From assembly GCA_963836235.1 (NCBI GenBank), contig CAWIIP010000005.1, positions 192,001-256,000 of the forward strand: a stretch of 64,000 nt of DNA, in the 5' to 3' direction. The notes beneath the pieces are model-generated. The model worked only from the letters and a program-made list of their open reading frames with translations, was not told where the DNA came from and searched no databases. Of the stretch, positions 9,608 to 19,807 are shown in pieces. Position 1 is the stretch's first letter; the number at the start of each line of letters is the position of its first letter. A program made the position numbers and the translations under genes. The DNA is from an uncultured Pseudomonadota bacterium. Lineage in GTDB: Bacteria > Oederibacteriota > Muellerivitia > Muellerivitales > Muellerivitaceae.

Positions 9608-10876
9608 TCAATAAGAAACTTCCGACAAGATGATTGTTCTTAAGTACTCCGTTTCCGGTATAGATACATTAATGGGATGGTCCTGGGGTTGGGTCAGGCG
9701 TTCCACGAGACGGAAGGATCTTCCCGATTCTTCCACCGCGTCCCGGGTCACTCCTTCCAAAAGTGTCCATGAAAAATGATGGGAACAAGTACCGACCACC
9801 ACAAATCCACCGGGATTCAACATATCCAATGAATGGCCCAAAAGGCTCTTGAGGGCGGTTCGGGCCGTCGGTAAATCATGGACGCTTTTGGCCATGGGCG
9901 GCGGATCCAAAATGATGCCGTCGAACACATGGCCGCCTTTTTTGAACTCCTTGAAAGCCCGGAAGCTGTCGCCCTTCTCGAATCGGATTTTATTTTCCAC
10001 GCCGTTTCGTTTGGCGTTTTCAGCCGCCTCGTCCAATGCCCCCTGGGACGAGTCCATCGCCAGGACATCCTTAGCACCGCCCAAAGCCGCTTGGATGGAA
10101 ACCGCGCCCGTGTAGCTAAAAGCATCCAGTAGGGTCTTGCCCGCGCTCAACTCTTGAATCCGGCGTCGCGCCTCTCGGAAATCCAGGTAGAACCCGGTCT
10201 TCTGTCCTTGGTCGGGCCTCGCCTGGAATTGGGCTCGTCCTTCGGTAAAAGGCATCGGCAGTTTTCCCGGTTCGGTCAGCCAACCTTGGAATTCCGGCAT
10301 CCCTTCCTTTTGGCAAATCTCTCCTACGCTCTTTTCATACACGTGCTTGTAGCCGTTTTCTTGAAGAGTCTTGGAAATTATCGGCATAAAAGGTTTAAGC
10401 CCCCCGCTGAAACAGGACAACACCACCTGATTCTCCCCAAAAGCGTCCGCGATAATTCCGGGAAGACCGTCACCCTCGCCAAACAACAACCGCAAACCGT
10501 TGGTCTGATATTTTTCCTGAAAACCCTTACGAACCGTCAGGGCTTTTTGAACCCGGCCCGCGATAAAAGCCTCATCCAGTTCCTGGTCAAAATCGCGTGT
10601 CAAGAGACGGATAAGTATTTTGGATGTGGGGCTGGCCACCCCGCGCCCAATCGGCTGGCTTTTTGAGGTCATCACTTCCACTAAGGTTCCCGGCGCGAGG
10701 GATTTGGGGGCCTTGTCCACTTCGTTGGCGAATACCCAAGGATGTCCGGCCAGAAGCCGGTCTTCCTCTTTTGGTTTAAGTTTTACTCTGATATAGGATA
10801 GCAATGACAACCCCTTTGATCCGCCTATTAACGCCGATTTTCGCCGGCGAAAATAACCTTGCGAATATTCCGTCAA
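9608..10876 (-). CDS. RlmI-like class I SAM-dependent rRNA methyltransferase
   Basis: PUA domain GHPWVF, EGDGLPG, GQKTGFYLD, DAFSYTG, ILDPP, TEYL. True start probably near 10810. Confidence 0.88.
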   Translation of the reverse strand: MTEYSQGYFRRRKSALIGGSKGLSLLSYIRVKLKPKEEDRLLAGHPWVFANEVDKAPKSLAPGTLVEVMTSKSQPIGRGVASPTSKILIRLLTRDFDQELDEAFIAGRVQKALTVRKGFQEKYQTNGLRLLFGEGDGLPGIIADAFGENQVVLSCFSGGLKPFMPIISKTLQENGYKHVYEKSVGEICQKEGMPEFQGWLTEPGKLPMPFTEGRAQFQARPDQGQKTGFYLDFREARRRIQELSAGKTLLDAFSYTGAVSIQAALGGAKDVLAMDSSQGALDEAAENAKRNGVENKIRFEKGDSFRAFKEFKKGGHVFDGIILDPPPMAKSVHDLPTARTALKSLLGHSLDMLNPGGFVVVGTCSHHFSWTLLEGVTRDAVEESGRSFRLVERLTQPQDHPINVSIPETEYLRTIILSEVSY

Positions 10877-10900
10877 ATTTGCGGTTTATTTTTTTGGAAA

Positions 10901-11542
10901 TCAGAAATTGAAAGAAACGGCCACCGGCGAAGGATGAAAAGCCTGCGCGATTTGAAGTTTAATCGGGTCCTGTAACCAAGCCTCACGTTGTTTCGAGAAA
11001 TCACTTTGCGCCCTCTGGTCCACCTCAAAATCCCGCGGCATGATGAGGGCTCCCACCGCGATACCCACACCCAGTCCCACTGCCCCTCCGATAAACATAT
11101 TGGGAGTCAAATTGTTATTGTTCCCACTGAACTCGTAAGTAAGAAAAAGCCCCAACCCCAACCCGGTGATGCCGGAAACAATAAGTACTTGGGCCTTCGC
11201 CCCGCTATTGACTCCTGGACCTTTGTCTTGATTGTCCTTGTCCTGATAATCCCTTCTCTTGGAATCCTTAGCTAGATCGTCCGCCCAATCAAATAGGCCG
11301 AAATGGTCGGGGCGGCGCTTGACCTCATCGGGATTATTGCCGTTGTCGCTATCATCCTCCCAATAAAGGGCGTGAGCTTTGGGGATAAAAAGCGGACAGG
11401 TAAAACCAGCCAATTGCAAAGCCAGGGCGAAAAGGAAAATTTTTCTGAGAAAAGAACGGTTTAAGAGCATGGGCCAAATTATACCTTTAAACATTATGAA
11501 TAAAAGCGCAAAACAACCGGTAAAAAGGATGCCTAACTCCAT
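10901..11542 (-). CDS. Hypothetical membrane/exported protein with glycine-zipper helices
   Basis: Signal-like segment ending AHA; GITGLGLGL and GGAVGLGVGIAVGA helices. Start uncertain. Confidence 0.55.
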   Translation of the reverse strand: MELGILFTGCFALLFIMFKGIIWPMLLNRSFLRKIFLFALALQLAGFTCPLFIPKAHALYWEDDSDNGNNPDEVKRRPDHFGLFDWADDLAKDSKRRDYQDKDNQDKGPGVNSGAKAQVLIVSGITGLGLGLFLTYEFSGNNNNLTPNMFIGGAVGLGVGIAVGALIMPRDFEVDQRAQSDFSKQREAWLQDPIKLQIAQAFHPSPVAVSFNF

Positions 11543-11597
11543 TCCAAATTACCTAAATATATCAGGAGGATTTGAAATGGCATCGGATGGATGGCGA

Positions 11598-12626
11598 TTA
11601 ATAACTATTGGGTCCGAATATCTGGAAATTACCAGCGCCACTGTCATAATCGGCCACGTAAATATTGCCGCTAAATAAAAGTACCGCGAGCGGCCCGGCG
11701 AAAGGCGTGGAACCCGTCTGCTGGCCGTTCATTTCGCCGATGAGGGTCCCGCTGTTGCTGTAAACCTCAACAAGGTTGTTAGTGTAATCGGCGACAAAGA
11801 CATTATTGTTCGAATCGATGGCCAATCCATAAAAAGGCGAAGTAAGATTGTCCGAAGGAATAATCGGCCAACTGATGGGGGTGCCAGTTATGGATGAAAG
11901 TTTCCAAACTAAGAAATTGCCCGCATCGACGACATAAATGTTGTTACTGGCATCCAATGCCACCGCGGCAGGATAGAAATAATTGTTATTATTATCGCTC
12001 CACTCACCCGTCGTTACTCCGCCGGAACCAAATTCCTCAACTTCAAAATTGCCAGAGTCCGCCACATAAACATTCCCGTTGGAATCCAGCGCGATTCCCG
12101 AAGGAAATTCAAAAGGTCTGCCCCCATATCCAGACCACGCGGTTGTCCCGGTAGGCGCTGCCGTAGAACCGAACTCATAAACCGCAGAGCCGCTGGTTGC
12201 GGTGTCCTGGATGTTGGGAATACCCTCATCGAGCACATAAACTGATCCTGTCGTTTGATTGACGGTAACCCCCACAGGCACCTTGAAAGAAGTGCTTGCA
12301 TATCCCGTCCATTGGGTCACAGCCAAGTTGGTGCTATTGTTAAGAAGTTGTACTTGACTGACGGACGCTCCATCCCCTTCGGCCACATAAATAAATCCAT
12401 TTCCTTGAGCCAATCCGTTCGGCGCGTCACTACCCCACTCGGATATAAAAGCCGGCGTAGGGGATAAAGTTGCGGCCACCGTGGGATAAGTCGTAGGGGT
12501 GGCGGTCGGAACCTCGGCTCCTCGTCCACTCGTTCCATTGGGGCTGGAAGGCGTGGAACTGTTATTACAAGACCAGGAAAGAAAACCGCCTAAAACCAAA
12601 AAAATGGAAAATAATATTTTTTTCAT
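11598..12626 (-). CDS. NHL-repeat beta-propeller lipoprotein
   Basis: MKKILF...LSWSC lipobox, T/P linker, NHL repeats (PSGIALDSNGNVYVADSGN). Confidence 0.85.
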   Translation of the reverse strand: MKKILFSIFLVLGGFLSWSCNNSSTPSSPNGTSGRGAEVPTATPTTYPTVAATLSPTPAFISEWGSDAPNGLAQGNGFIYVAEGDGASVSQVQLLNNSTNLAVTQWTGYASTSFKVPVGVTVNQTTGSVYVLDEGIPNIQDTATSGSAVYEFGSTAAPTGTTAWSGYGGRPFEFPSGIALDSNGNVYVADSGNFEVEEFGSGGVTTGEWSDNNNNYFYPAAVALDASNNIYVVDAGNFLVWKLSSITGTPISWPIIPSDNLTSPFYGLAIDSNNNVFVADYTNNLVEVYSNSGTLIGEMNGQQTGSTPFAGPLAVLLFSGNIYVADYDSGAGNFQIFGPNSY

Positions 12627-12808
12627 CACAAGCCCTCCAAAAAAAATTAGCAATAAAAAAGGTGTCCTATTTAGACGATACTGAGGGTTCGAATGTTACG
12701 CCCAAGAAAAAACGAATGGAACTAAGCCAATCCGAGAAGAATTTGGTTTCTTAGCAATGTTTTTGAAACATATTAATTACGTTTTTTACCACTTTGATGC
12801 CGAAAGTT

Positions 12809-13834
12809 TTATTTCCCCATCTCAAACAATTCGAATGTACCGGCAACAATCTTGCGGTGGGCTTTAGGATGATCCGGTGGGGGCGTGGAGGAAGGCTCAA
12901 ATTGGGCTGCGGGCAGAAAGACATGTCCCGTCTGGCTGTCCACCGCCAAATTCCGTGAGCCGGGTTGGGTGTTGACACTTTCCACAAGGCGATAGTGGTC
13001 AGGGGAATCCTCCTGAAATACGGTCATGGTACCGTCGGCGCAGGAGTTATATATTGTTTGCGATTCATGGTTGAAAGCAGTGGTGTCTACCCCCTTTCCA
13101 ATGGAAAAAGTTTGGATCACCTTTCCGTTTTGGGCGTCCATGACGACCATATTCCCATTACGGCATCCGATAAAGAGCCGGCCGTTTTCCCGGTCCATCG
13201 CCAAACTGGAGGGGGATTCCCCCGGCGACACTGGCCAGCGCTTTAGAATCTTCGCATTTTTGGCGTCAATTTCGACCACTTCACTCTTATCCACTAAGTT
13301 GTCGTAAACATGGCCCAGTCCATCGGCTACCGCGAATTCGGGTTTTCCCCCCAGGTTCAAGGTAGCTAATATATCCCCAGTGGCGGCATCCACCACGGTA
13401 GCCGTTCTGTCCTCGCCGTTAAAAGCGAAAACCCGGTCTGAGGTACGGTCAAAAACAATGGCATCCGGATTCTGCCCCGCTTTGATTTCACCTATTTTTT
13501 TGAAAGTCTTCAGGTCAAACACCAGGATGGAGTTAGTGGCTCCGCTGGAAACAAATCCCCTTTCCAATTCATCGTCCCATGCCACCCCGTGGGCCTTTTG
13601 GGTTCCCTCGACGGTTCCCACCAGTTTCAAGGTGTCCATGTCCAGGACTTGAACCATAGTGTCATGGGTAACAAAAAGGCGCCTTTCATGGGTGTCGGAC
13701 TTCAGGTAGTCCCAGCCACCGTCGCCTTTGAGGTGGATCTTTTTCAGGATTTTATAACCCGAATCCTCGGCCCAGGTAAGGGTGGTGAAGCCAGCCAAAA
13801 GGAAAAAAAGCCAAGACTTTCCTTGAAACCTCAT
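12809..13834 (-). CDS. YncE/YVTN-family beta-propeller, secreted
   Basis: Signal peptide; GGWDYL, HGVA, GQNPDAI, GKPEFAVADG repeats. Confidence 0.85.
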   Translation of the reverse strand: MRFQGKSWLFFLLAGFTTLTWAEDSGYKILKKIHLKGDGGWDYLKSDTHERRLFVTHDTMVQVLDMDTLKLVGTVEGTQKAHGVAWDDELERGFVSSGATNSILVFDLKTFKKIGEIKAGQNPDAIVFDRTSDRVFAFNGEDRTATVVDAATGDILATLNLGGKPEFAVADGLGHVYDNLVDKSEVVEIDAKNAKILKRWPVSPGESPSSLAMDRENGRLFIGCRNGNMVVMDAQNGKVIQTFSIGKGVDTTAFNHESQTIYNSCADGTMTVFQEDSPDHYRLVESVNTQPGSRNLAVDSQTGHVFLPAAQFEPSSTPPPDHPKAHRKIVAGTFELFEMGK

Positions 13835-13907
13835 GCTTTACTCCCCCCAAAAAAGATTTGCTCAATGAATTATAGACGTTTTTTGATTCTAAAGAGTGCC
13901 GGTGATT

Positions 13908-15014
13908 TCAGGAAGGCTTTTGAATGACCCCCCCACCCACCACTACATCCCCCTCGTAAAATACCGTGGATTGACCGGGAGTCACTGCCCGTGCCGGGTC
14001 CTTCAAGACAACTCGAACATGCTTAGGGCCTTCGGGATAGAGCACCGCTGGCTGTTCCAATGAACGGTAGCGGATTTTCGCCAGAACTTCCCTGGGTTCG
14101 GTGAGAGGCTCCCAGGCCACCCAATTCATTTCGGCCACGTCAAATTCTTTCACGAAGGTATCTTCTTCCCGGCCTACGATGACTTTGGCGCTATCGGGCT
14201 GTAATTCCACCACAAAATAAGGTCCACCGGAGAGGCCCAAACCCTTGCGCTGGCCGATGGTGTAGCCGGCGATTCCCTCGTGCCGGCCCAGAACCTCGCC
14301 CCCCACCGTGACAATATCGCCGGGAACGAAGGCCCGAGGCCGGTGAATCTTCACGAAATCCCGGTAGCTATGCTGGGTGACGAAACAAATTTCCATGCTT
14401 TCGGGTTTTTCGGCGGTATTCAACCCCATCGCCCGGGCCTTTTGGCGTACCTGGGGCTTGGTGATTTCCCCCAACGGGAAAAGCAAATGCGACAGTAGCT
14501 TTTGGGTGAGTTTATAAAGAACGTAGCTTTGGTCCTTATCCGGGTCGGCGGCCTTTCGGAGGCGAAAACGGCCCGTTGTCGGATCCTGATCCACCTTGGC
14601 GTAATGGCCGGTGGCCATCTTTTCGCAACCCAGGGTTAAGGCTTGTTGGAGCAAAAGGGGGAGCTTGGCGAAACGGTTGCATTCCACGCAAGGATTGGGG
14701 GTCAAACCTTGCTCATACTCATCCAGGAATCGGTCCACGACGTTAGCTTTGAAAACATCCAATCCTTCATTGACGTAATGGGGCACGCCCAGTTTCAAGG
14801 CCACGTCCCGCGCGTCCTGGATATCCTCAATTGAACAACAACGTTGGCCCTTGGGCTCAACGGTCTTCACGCTCACGGCTCCATTTTCACCAGGGGTAAT
14901 CTCACAGGGTAAAATTTTAAGGGTCAGCCCCACCACCTCATGGCCCTGCTCTTTCAACAGGCCCAAAACAGTGGAGGAATCTACCCCTCCGCTCATCGCG
15001 ACGCCAATCTTCAT
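13908..15014 (-). CDS. mnmA: tRNA 2-thiouridine(34) synthase MnmA
   Basis: PP-loop AMSGGVDSS, TPNPCVECN, ATGHYA, KDQSY, SMEICF, YTIGQRKGL, AVTPGQ. Confidence 0.96.
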   Translation of the reverse strand: MKIGVAMSGGVDSSTVLGLLKEQGHEVVGLTLKILPCEITPGENGAVSVKTVEPKGQRCCSIEDIQDARDVALKLGVPHYVNEGLDVFKANVVDRFLDEYEQGLTPNPCVECNRFAKLPLLLQQALTLGCEKMATGHYAKVDQDPTTGRFRLRKAADPDKDQSYVLYKLTQKLLSHLLFPLGEITKPQVRQKARAMGLNTAEKPESMEICFVTQHSYRDFVKIHRPRAFVPGDIVTVGGEVLGRHEGIAGYTIGQRKGLGLSGGPYFVVELQPDSAKVIVGREEDTFVKEFDVAEMNWVAWEPLTEPREVLAKIRYRSLEQPAVLYPEGPKHVRVVLKDPARAVTPGQSTVFYEGDVVVGGGVIQKPS

Positions 15015-16183
15015 GACTTTACCATTTCCCTTAAAGCCTTCACGGCCTTCTCGATTTCTATTTCGGTGTTGTAATATCCAAAGCTAAACCGTACCGTTCC
15101 GATCGGATAGGTTCCGATGGTCCGGTGGGCCAAGGGGGCGCAGTGTAATCCCACCCGGGTCATGATTCCATACTTCTCGTCCAATTCATAACCCACTTCG
15201 GAAGGATCTTTACCCTCGATATTCAAGGAAACGACTGCCACTCTTTCTTTTTCGGCGCCGGAGGGAAGGCCATAAAGCTTGATTCCCTTTATCTTTTCAA
15301 TTTCCTTTAAGAACAGGGCGGTTAGTGCTTCTTCTTTTTTTCGAACCGCTTGGACGCTCGTTTTAAGCAAAAAATCCACCGATGCCTTAAGACCCGCCAA
15401 ACCCCAATAGTTCTGAGTTCCGCTTTCAAACTTGTCAGGCCATTGGGCGGGTTGTTCTTCCTTATCACTATTGGAACCCGTGCCCCCTTCGATAAAAGAA
15501 TCCAGGTTCCATTTGGATGAAACGGCTAAACCACCCGTACCTGGGGGCCCCATCAATCCTTTGTGGCCGGTGAAACAAAGAAAGTCGATATTCATGGCCT
15601 GCATATCGATAGGAACGACTCCCGCGGTTTGGGCCGCGTCCACCAGGAAAGCCACCCCCTTCTTAGCGCAAAGCGCCCCCACTTCCTCCACCGGGCTCAG
15701 ATTACCGCTGACGTTGGAAGCATGGACCAAACAAACCATCTTGGTGTTGAGTTTAAAGGCTTGTTCAAAATCATAAGGATTCAGGCGTCCCAGGCTATTC
15801 GCGGGAACGACCGTATATTCAATGCCCCGGGAGGCCTTGAGCTTGTTCAAGGGCCGGATGACTGCGTTGTGCTCCATGCCGGACAAAACCACATGGTCCC
15901 CACTCTTCAGGAAGCCCTTTAAAGCCGTGTTAATGGCTTCCGTCACGTTCTTCATATAAAGAATGCGATCGGATCGCTGAATGTGGAAGAGCTTGGCTAA
16001 TGACGCGCGCGTTCCATATATCAACTCATTGGCCGCGATACCCGGGCGGTAAGTTCCGCGTCCGTGGGAAACCCCCACTTCGGTGGCGAACTGAACCAGT
16101 GCCTTCAGCACCTGCGGCGGCTTTTGCCGGGTCGTCGCCGCGCAATCAAGATAGATTTCTTTTCGCTTGGTCTTCTTTTTCAT
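15011..16183 (-). CDS. Cysteine desulfurase (aminotransferase class V)
   Basis: YLDCAATT, EHNAV, HASNV, DAAQTAG, TGHKGLMGPPGTG, GLHCAPLAH. The stop overlaps the mnmA start (ATGA). Confidence 0.92.
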   Translation of the reverse strand: MKKKTKRKEIYLDCAATTRQKPPQVLKALVQFATEVGVSHGRGTYRPGIAANELIYGTRASLAKLFHIQRSDRILYMKNVTEAINTALKGFLKSGDHVVLSGMEHNAVIRPLNKLKASRGIEYTVVPANSLGRLNPYDFEQAFKLNTKMVCLVHASNVSGNLSPVEEVGALCAKKGVAFLVDAAQTAGVVPIDMQAMNIDFLCFTGHKGLMGPPGTGGLAVSSKWNLDSFIEGGTGSNSDKEEQPAQWPDKFESGTQNYWGLAGLKASVDFLLKTSVQAVRKKEEALTALFLKEIEKIKGIKLYGLPSGAEKERVAVVSLNIEGKDPSEVGYELDEKYGIMTRVGLHCAPLAHRTIGTYPIGTVRFSFGYYNTEIEIEKAVKALREMVKS

Positions 16184-16230
16184 GAGGCCTGATTCTAACA
16201 TCAAAGGAAAGCTTTTACAGGACGGGCCTT

Positions 16231-16260
16231 AAAAACAAAAAAGGCGGACCAAAGGCCGCC
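16231..16260 (-). terminator. Probable intrinsic terminator after bactofilin
   Basis: Minus strand GGCGG-cctttggt-CCGCC followed by TTTTTTGTTTTT. Confidence 0.5.
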
Positions 16261-16309
16261 TGCCGCCATTTAAAACCAAGAGTTGAAAACTCGAAATCAC
16301 CTTTAAGAT

Positions 16310-16702
16310 TTAGTTCTCTTTTGCTTTCTGGATATCCACCACTTTACTCGTTTCTTCCATCTGACAATTCCCGTCAAACGTCGCCCCGTCCTCAATGACG
16401 ATGACAGGTGCCGAAATATCACCTTCTACCTCGGCGGAGCTTTGGATTTCCAAACGTTGGGAGGCGCGGATATTGCCTTTCACCTTGCCGCTGATCAGGA
16501 TGGACTTGCCCATCAGGTTACCCCGGACCATGCCTTTGTCACCCACAATCACGCCATCCTCGCTGGTAACGTTGCCATAGATTTCACCATCCACACGGAT
16601 ACTGTGCTTGGAGTTATAACTTCCCCGCAAGGAAGCCTCTTGGCCGATTACGGTATCGACACGGCCCATGGGTTTCGAATCCCCGAACCCGAACAAACCC
16701 AT
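16310..16702 (-). CDS. Bactofilin (polymer-forming cytoskeletal protein)
   Basis: DTVIG...IRVDGEIYGNV...VRGNL...ISGKVKGNI...IEDGATFDGNCQM beta-helix pattern. Confidence 0.93.
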   Translation of the reverse strand: MGLFGFGDSKPMGRVDTVIGQEASLRGSYNSKHSIRVDGEIYGNVTSEDGVIVGDKGMVRGNLMGKSILISGKVKGNIRASQRLEIQSSAEVEGDISAPVIVIEDGATFDGNCQMEETSKVVDIQKAKEN

Positions 16703-16734
16703 ATCGACCTCCGGACAATTGTAAATTCTCTAAT

Positions 16735-17786
16735 CCCCAGTTCAATAGCGAAGTGCAACACTTAGCCCCGGCAGAATCCGGGGGTTATCCTAAGTTTTAT
16801 GAAACAATCCTACAAGCACCTGTCGTTGGCCGAACGTGAAGAAATCGCAGTTTGGAAGGCAGAAGGCCTCTCCATACGAGAAATCGCCCGACGCCTCGAA
16901 CGTGATGTGTCCAGTGTTTCCCGAGAGTTGAAGCGTAACGCACCACCTTTACGTCCTGGCCGTTATCTACCAGCTCGGGCTCACCTGCGATCTACCCAGC
17001 GTAACCAACTCTCTCGGACCCATCTGCGTCTCAAAAAACCAGGGATCCGACAACATGTTTTGCGTAAGCTTCATCAGGGGTTTTCTCCCGAACAAATTGC
17101 TGGTCAGCTTCGCCTTGAGAACTCCAAACTATTCATTTCCCACGAGGCCGTCTACCAGTTCATTTATTCCGAAGCCCGAAACCTCATCCCTCTCTTGGCT
17201 CGTTCCCATCGAAAGCGGCTTCGCCGATGGCATTCGCACAAACATCGAAAAAGCCATATTCCAGAACGAACTCCGATCACTCAACGACCCGCCATCGTGC
17301 AGACGCGGCGTCAATTTGGTCACTGGGAAGCGGACACCATCATCTCCAGAAAAAGTAAAGCCTCCCTTTTGGTGATGGTCGAACGAAAAAGCCGCCTCGT
17401 GAAACTCGCCTGGTTGCCTCAAAAGTCCGCTTCGAAAACACGAGCAGCTATCAATCGACGGCTCACCCTCTTTCCGAAGGGGTTGCGCCGGACCATTACT
17501 TACGACAACGGCTCTGAAAACATCGAGCATCTTCAAGTTAACAATCTCTTAGGAACCCGTTCCTTTTTCTGTCTTCCTTTCCACAGTTGGGAAAAGGGAA
17601 CCGTCGAAAACACTAATGGTTTGGTGCGGCGCTTCTATCCAAAGAAAACCGATTTTGCTACCATAACTCCAGCGAACGTGCGACGTGTGGAGCGGGCTCT
17701 CAACAGCCGTCCACGCAAGTGCCTTCGCTTCAAAACGCCGGAGCAGGTCTTTCGTCTAGGTGTTGCACTTACTGGTTGAATTCAGC
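16735..17786 (+). mobile_element. IS30-family insertion sequence
   Basis: 27-bp imperfect IRs (16735-16761 ccccagTTCAAtagcgAAGTGCAACAC; reverse complement of 17760-17786 gctgaaTTCAAccagtAAGTGCAACAC), flanked by the 3-bp direct repeat AAT (16732-34 and 17787-89). Confidence 0.88.
16799..17779 (+). CDS. IS30-family DDE transposase
   Basis: HTH (SIREIARRL..SVSRELKRN), SPEQIAG, GHWEADT, TYDNGSE, WEKGTVENTNGLVRRFYPK, LNSRPRKCL. Confidence 0.96.
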   Translation: MKQSYKHLSLAEREEIAVWKAEGLSIREIARRLERDVSSVSRELKRNAPPLRPGRYLPARAHLRSTQRNQLSRTHLRLKKPGIRQHVLRKLHQGFSPEQIAGQLRLENSKLFISHEAVYQFIYSEARNLIPLLARSHRKRLRRWHSHKHRKSHIPERTPITQRPAIVQTRRQFGHWEADTIISRKSKASLLVMVERKSRLVKLAWLPQKSASKTRAAINRRLTLFPKGLRRTITYDNGSENIEHLQVNNLLGTRSFFCLPFHSWEKGTVENTNGLVRRFYPKKTDFATITPANVRRVERALNSRPRKCLRFKTPEQVFRLGVALTG

Positions 17787-17846
17787 AATTTAAATTTTGA
17801 ATGGTTGTTATTGCTGCTTCGTGGAAATTTCCACAATAAAAAATTA

Positions 17847-18767
17847 CTAATCGACCTTCGGCAGGTACTTTTCCGGGTCCACCGGCATCCCGTGAATACG
17901 GACTTCATAATGAACGTGGCTTCCCGTGCTGCGGCCGGTCGATCCGACATAACCGATGATCTTCCCCCGTTCAACTTCGTCCCCCACCTTCACGTCGATG
18001 CGGGCGCAATGGCCGTAACGGGTGCTGTAGCCGTAACCATGCTCAATCGCGATCAAACGGCCGTAACCCGACTCCCAACCGGCATAAGTCACAATACCGT
18101 CCGCCGTGGCGCGGATCGGGGTATTGACCTCATTGGCGATATCAACCCCCATGTGCCGGCCCGGTTCCCCGGTTAAAGGCGAGGCCCGCTTACCGAAACC
18201 GGAAGTAATCCATCCCTTGACGGGCCAGATGGAAGGCGTGGCCGCCAGGATGGAACGTTGTTTGTCGAGGAAGACGCTGATTTCCTTGAAACTGGCTTCC
18301 TGCTGGGTGGCCTGCTGGTTGGTCAGTTTTAAATTGGAGTTTACTTTGTGCATCAACTGGTCGTTTTTTTCCTGAAGCAATTGGGAAAAGCGGGCGGAAT
18401 CTTCTTCGGTGGGGCCGCCCATTCCATCGAATTGGGAAACAACTTCCTTGCGGTCTCCCAGCTTTAAGAGCTTCCGAAACTGGGAATCCACAGCCGACAT
18501 CCGGGTCAGAAGAGTGCGGTTGGTTTCCAACTCGTCCATAATTTCCCGCATGTTGTCCTTGAACCGCTGTTGGGTCAACTCCGCCAATTGGTAATTCACA
18601 TCCTTGGCCACGACCATTGCCGCCCAAGTTAACAAACCGCCAAGCACCAAAACCATTGTATGCAGCATGAAGAGATTGGTCTTAATTTGAACGGGTTTGC
18701 CGCCATCATGGGGAACAATCATGAAGGTCATCTTTTTCTTAAAGTAGGAGCGAAACCGATGGGACAT
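17847..18767 (-). CDS. M23 metallopeptidase with N-terminal TM and coiled coil
   Basis: PSIWPVKG..TSGFGKR, HMGVD, YGH, GSTGRSTGSHVHYEV. Confidence 0.93.
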   Translation of the reverse strand: MSHRFRSYFKKKMTFMIVPHDGGKPVQIKTNLFMLHTMVLVLGGLLTWAAMVVAKDVNYQLAELTQQRFKDNMREIMDELETNRTLLTRMSAVDSQFRKLLKLGDRKEVVSQFDGMGGPTEEDSARFSQLLQEKNDQLMHKVNSNLKLTNQQATQQEASFKEISVFLDKQRSILAATPSIWPVKGWITSGFGKRASPLTGEPGRHMGVDIANEVNTPIRATADGIVTYAGWESGYGRLIAIEHGYGYSTRYGHCARIDVKVGDEVERGKIIGYVGSTGRSTGSHVHYEVRIHGMPVDPEKYLPKVD

Positions 18768-18978
18768 GCGATGAACCTTTTTAAAATTGTTTTTATGTCA
18801 GAGCAAGTAAACCTAACTTGCCTTGTTTAAAAGGGCCAGTCGATGGGCCGCTTTCCTTATAACGATCAAACACCTTATTTCCTGATGCTTTTAAAATAAG
18901 GGCGCTACGGAACCCTGTCAATTATTAATGGGGGGGTGCGGGGTTAAAAGGTTTACTCAATTTGGAACTAATCGGGTC

Positions 18979-19716
18979 TCAATCCACCCGCAAACCGTCG
19001 GATTGAATGAAGTTGAAAACCTTTTCAAATACAGTCTGCTTATCGTAGTCCATGGTGACTACATGGTCGGACCGGTCTAGATATAGGAGGTGTTTAACCG
19101 GGGACCCCAAGGCTTGATAGACCAAATCCCCATTCGGGGGAGGAACCATCGAGTCTTTTCGACCCTGAATGACCAAGGCTGGGACCGTGATTTGAGGCAA
19201 TTCGGCCCGAACCAAGTCCATAAACTTTTTGAGTTCATAAAGGCTCTTCGTCGCCACGTAAGGATAGGTGAGATGGGGGGGGGACTGGGGGTCCAAAATC
19301 CCGCCCGTCAGGTTGGAAGTCCGCCACTGGAGGAACCGGAAAAAAGCGATGCCGTTAAAACGGAAATCGAAAATCCGCACCGGAGCCGCCATGGAAATAA
19401 CACCCGCCACGGGTACCTGGGTGGCCAGGTGAAGGGCTTGGTCGGCTCCCATGGAAAGCCCACCCACAAAAATCTTGGAACAGCTTTGCTTCAAGTGATC
19501 GTAGGCTTCTCTCGCGCTTTGCGCCCAGTCTTGCCATGTGGTCTTTGCCAGGTCATTTGGATTGGTATCATGGCCTTTCAACCAGGGCCCCAGCACCGAA
19601 TAGCCCTTTTCAGCTAAATAGTTCCCCAAGGGCTGAACCTCGGAGGGGGTCCCGGAAAGTCCATGAAGAAGCAATATGCCCGTTTCGCTTTTTTGGGACT
19701 CAAACCCAATCTTCAT
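18979..19716 (-). CDS. Carboxylesterase (alpha/beta hydrolase)
   Basis: LLHGLSG, nucleophile GLSMG, DSMV, SDHVVT. Confidence 0.9.
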   Translation of the reverse strand: MKIGFESQKSETGILLLHGLSGTPSEVQPLGNYLAEKGYSVLGPWLKGHDTNPNDLAKTTWQDWAQSAREAYDHLKQSCSKIFVGGLSMGADQALHLATQVPVAGVISMAAPVRIFDFRFNGIAFFRFLQWRTSNLTGGILDPQSPPHLTYPYVATKSLYELKKFMDLVRAELPQITVPALVIQGRKDSMVPPPNGDLVYQALGSPVKHLLYLDRSDHVVTMDYDKQTVFEKVFNFIQSDGLRVD

Positions 19717-19807
19717 TTAACCCAACTCCTTAACAACAAATACACGGCACTACCAAAACTCTTGATATTCGCTTCTCTGTGTCTTCGCGACTCCGTGGTG
19801 AAATTGT

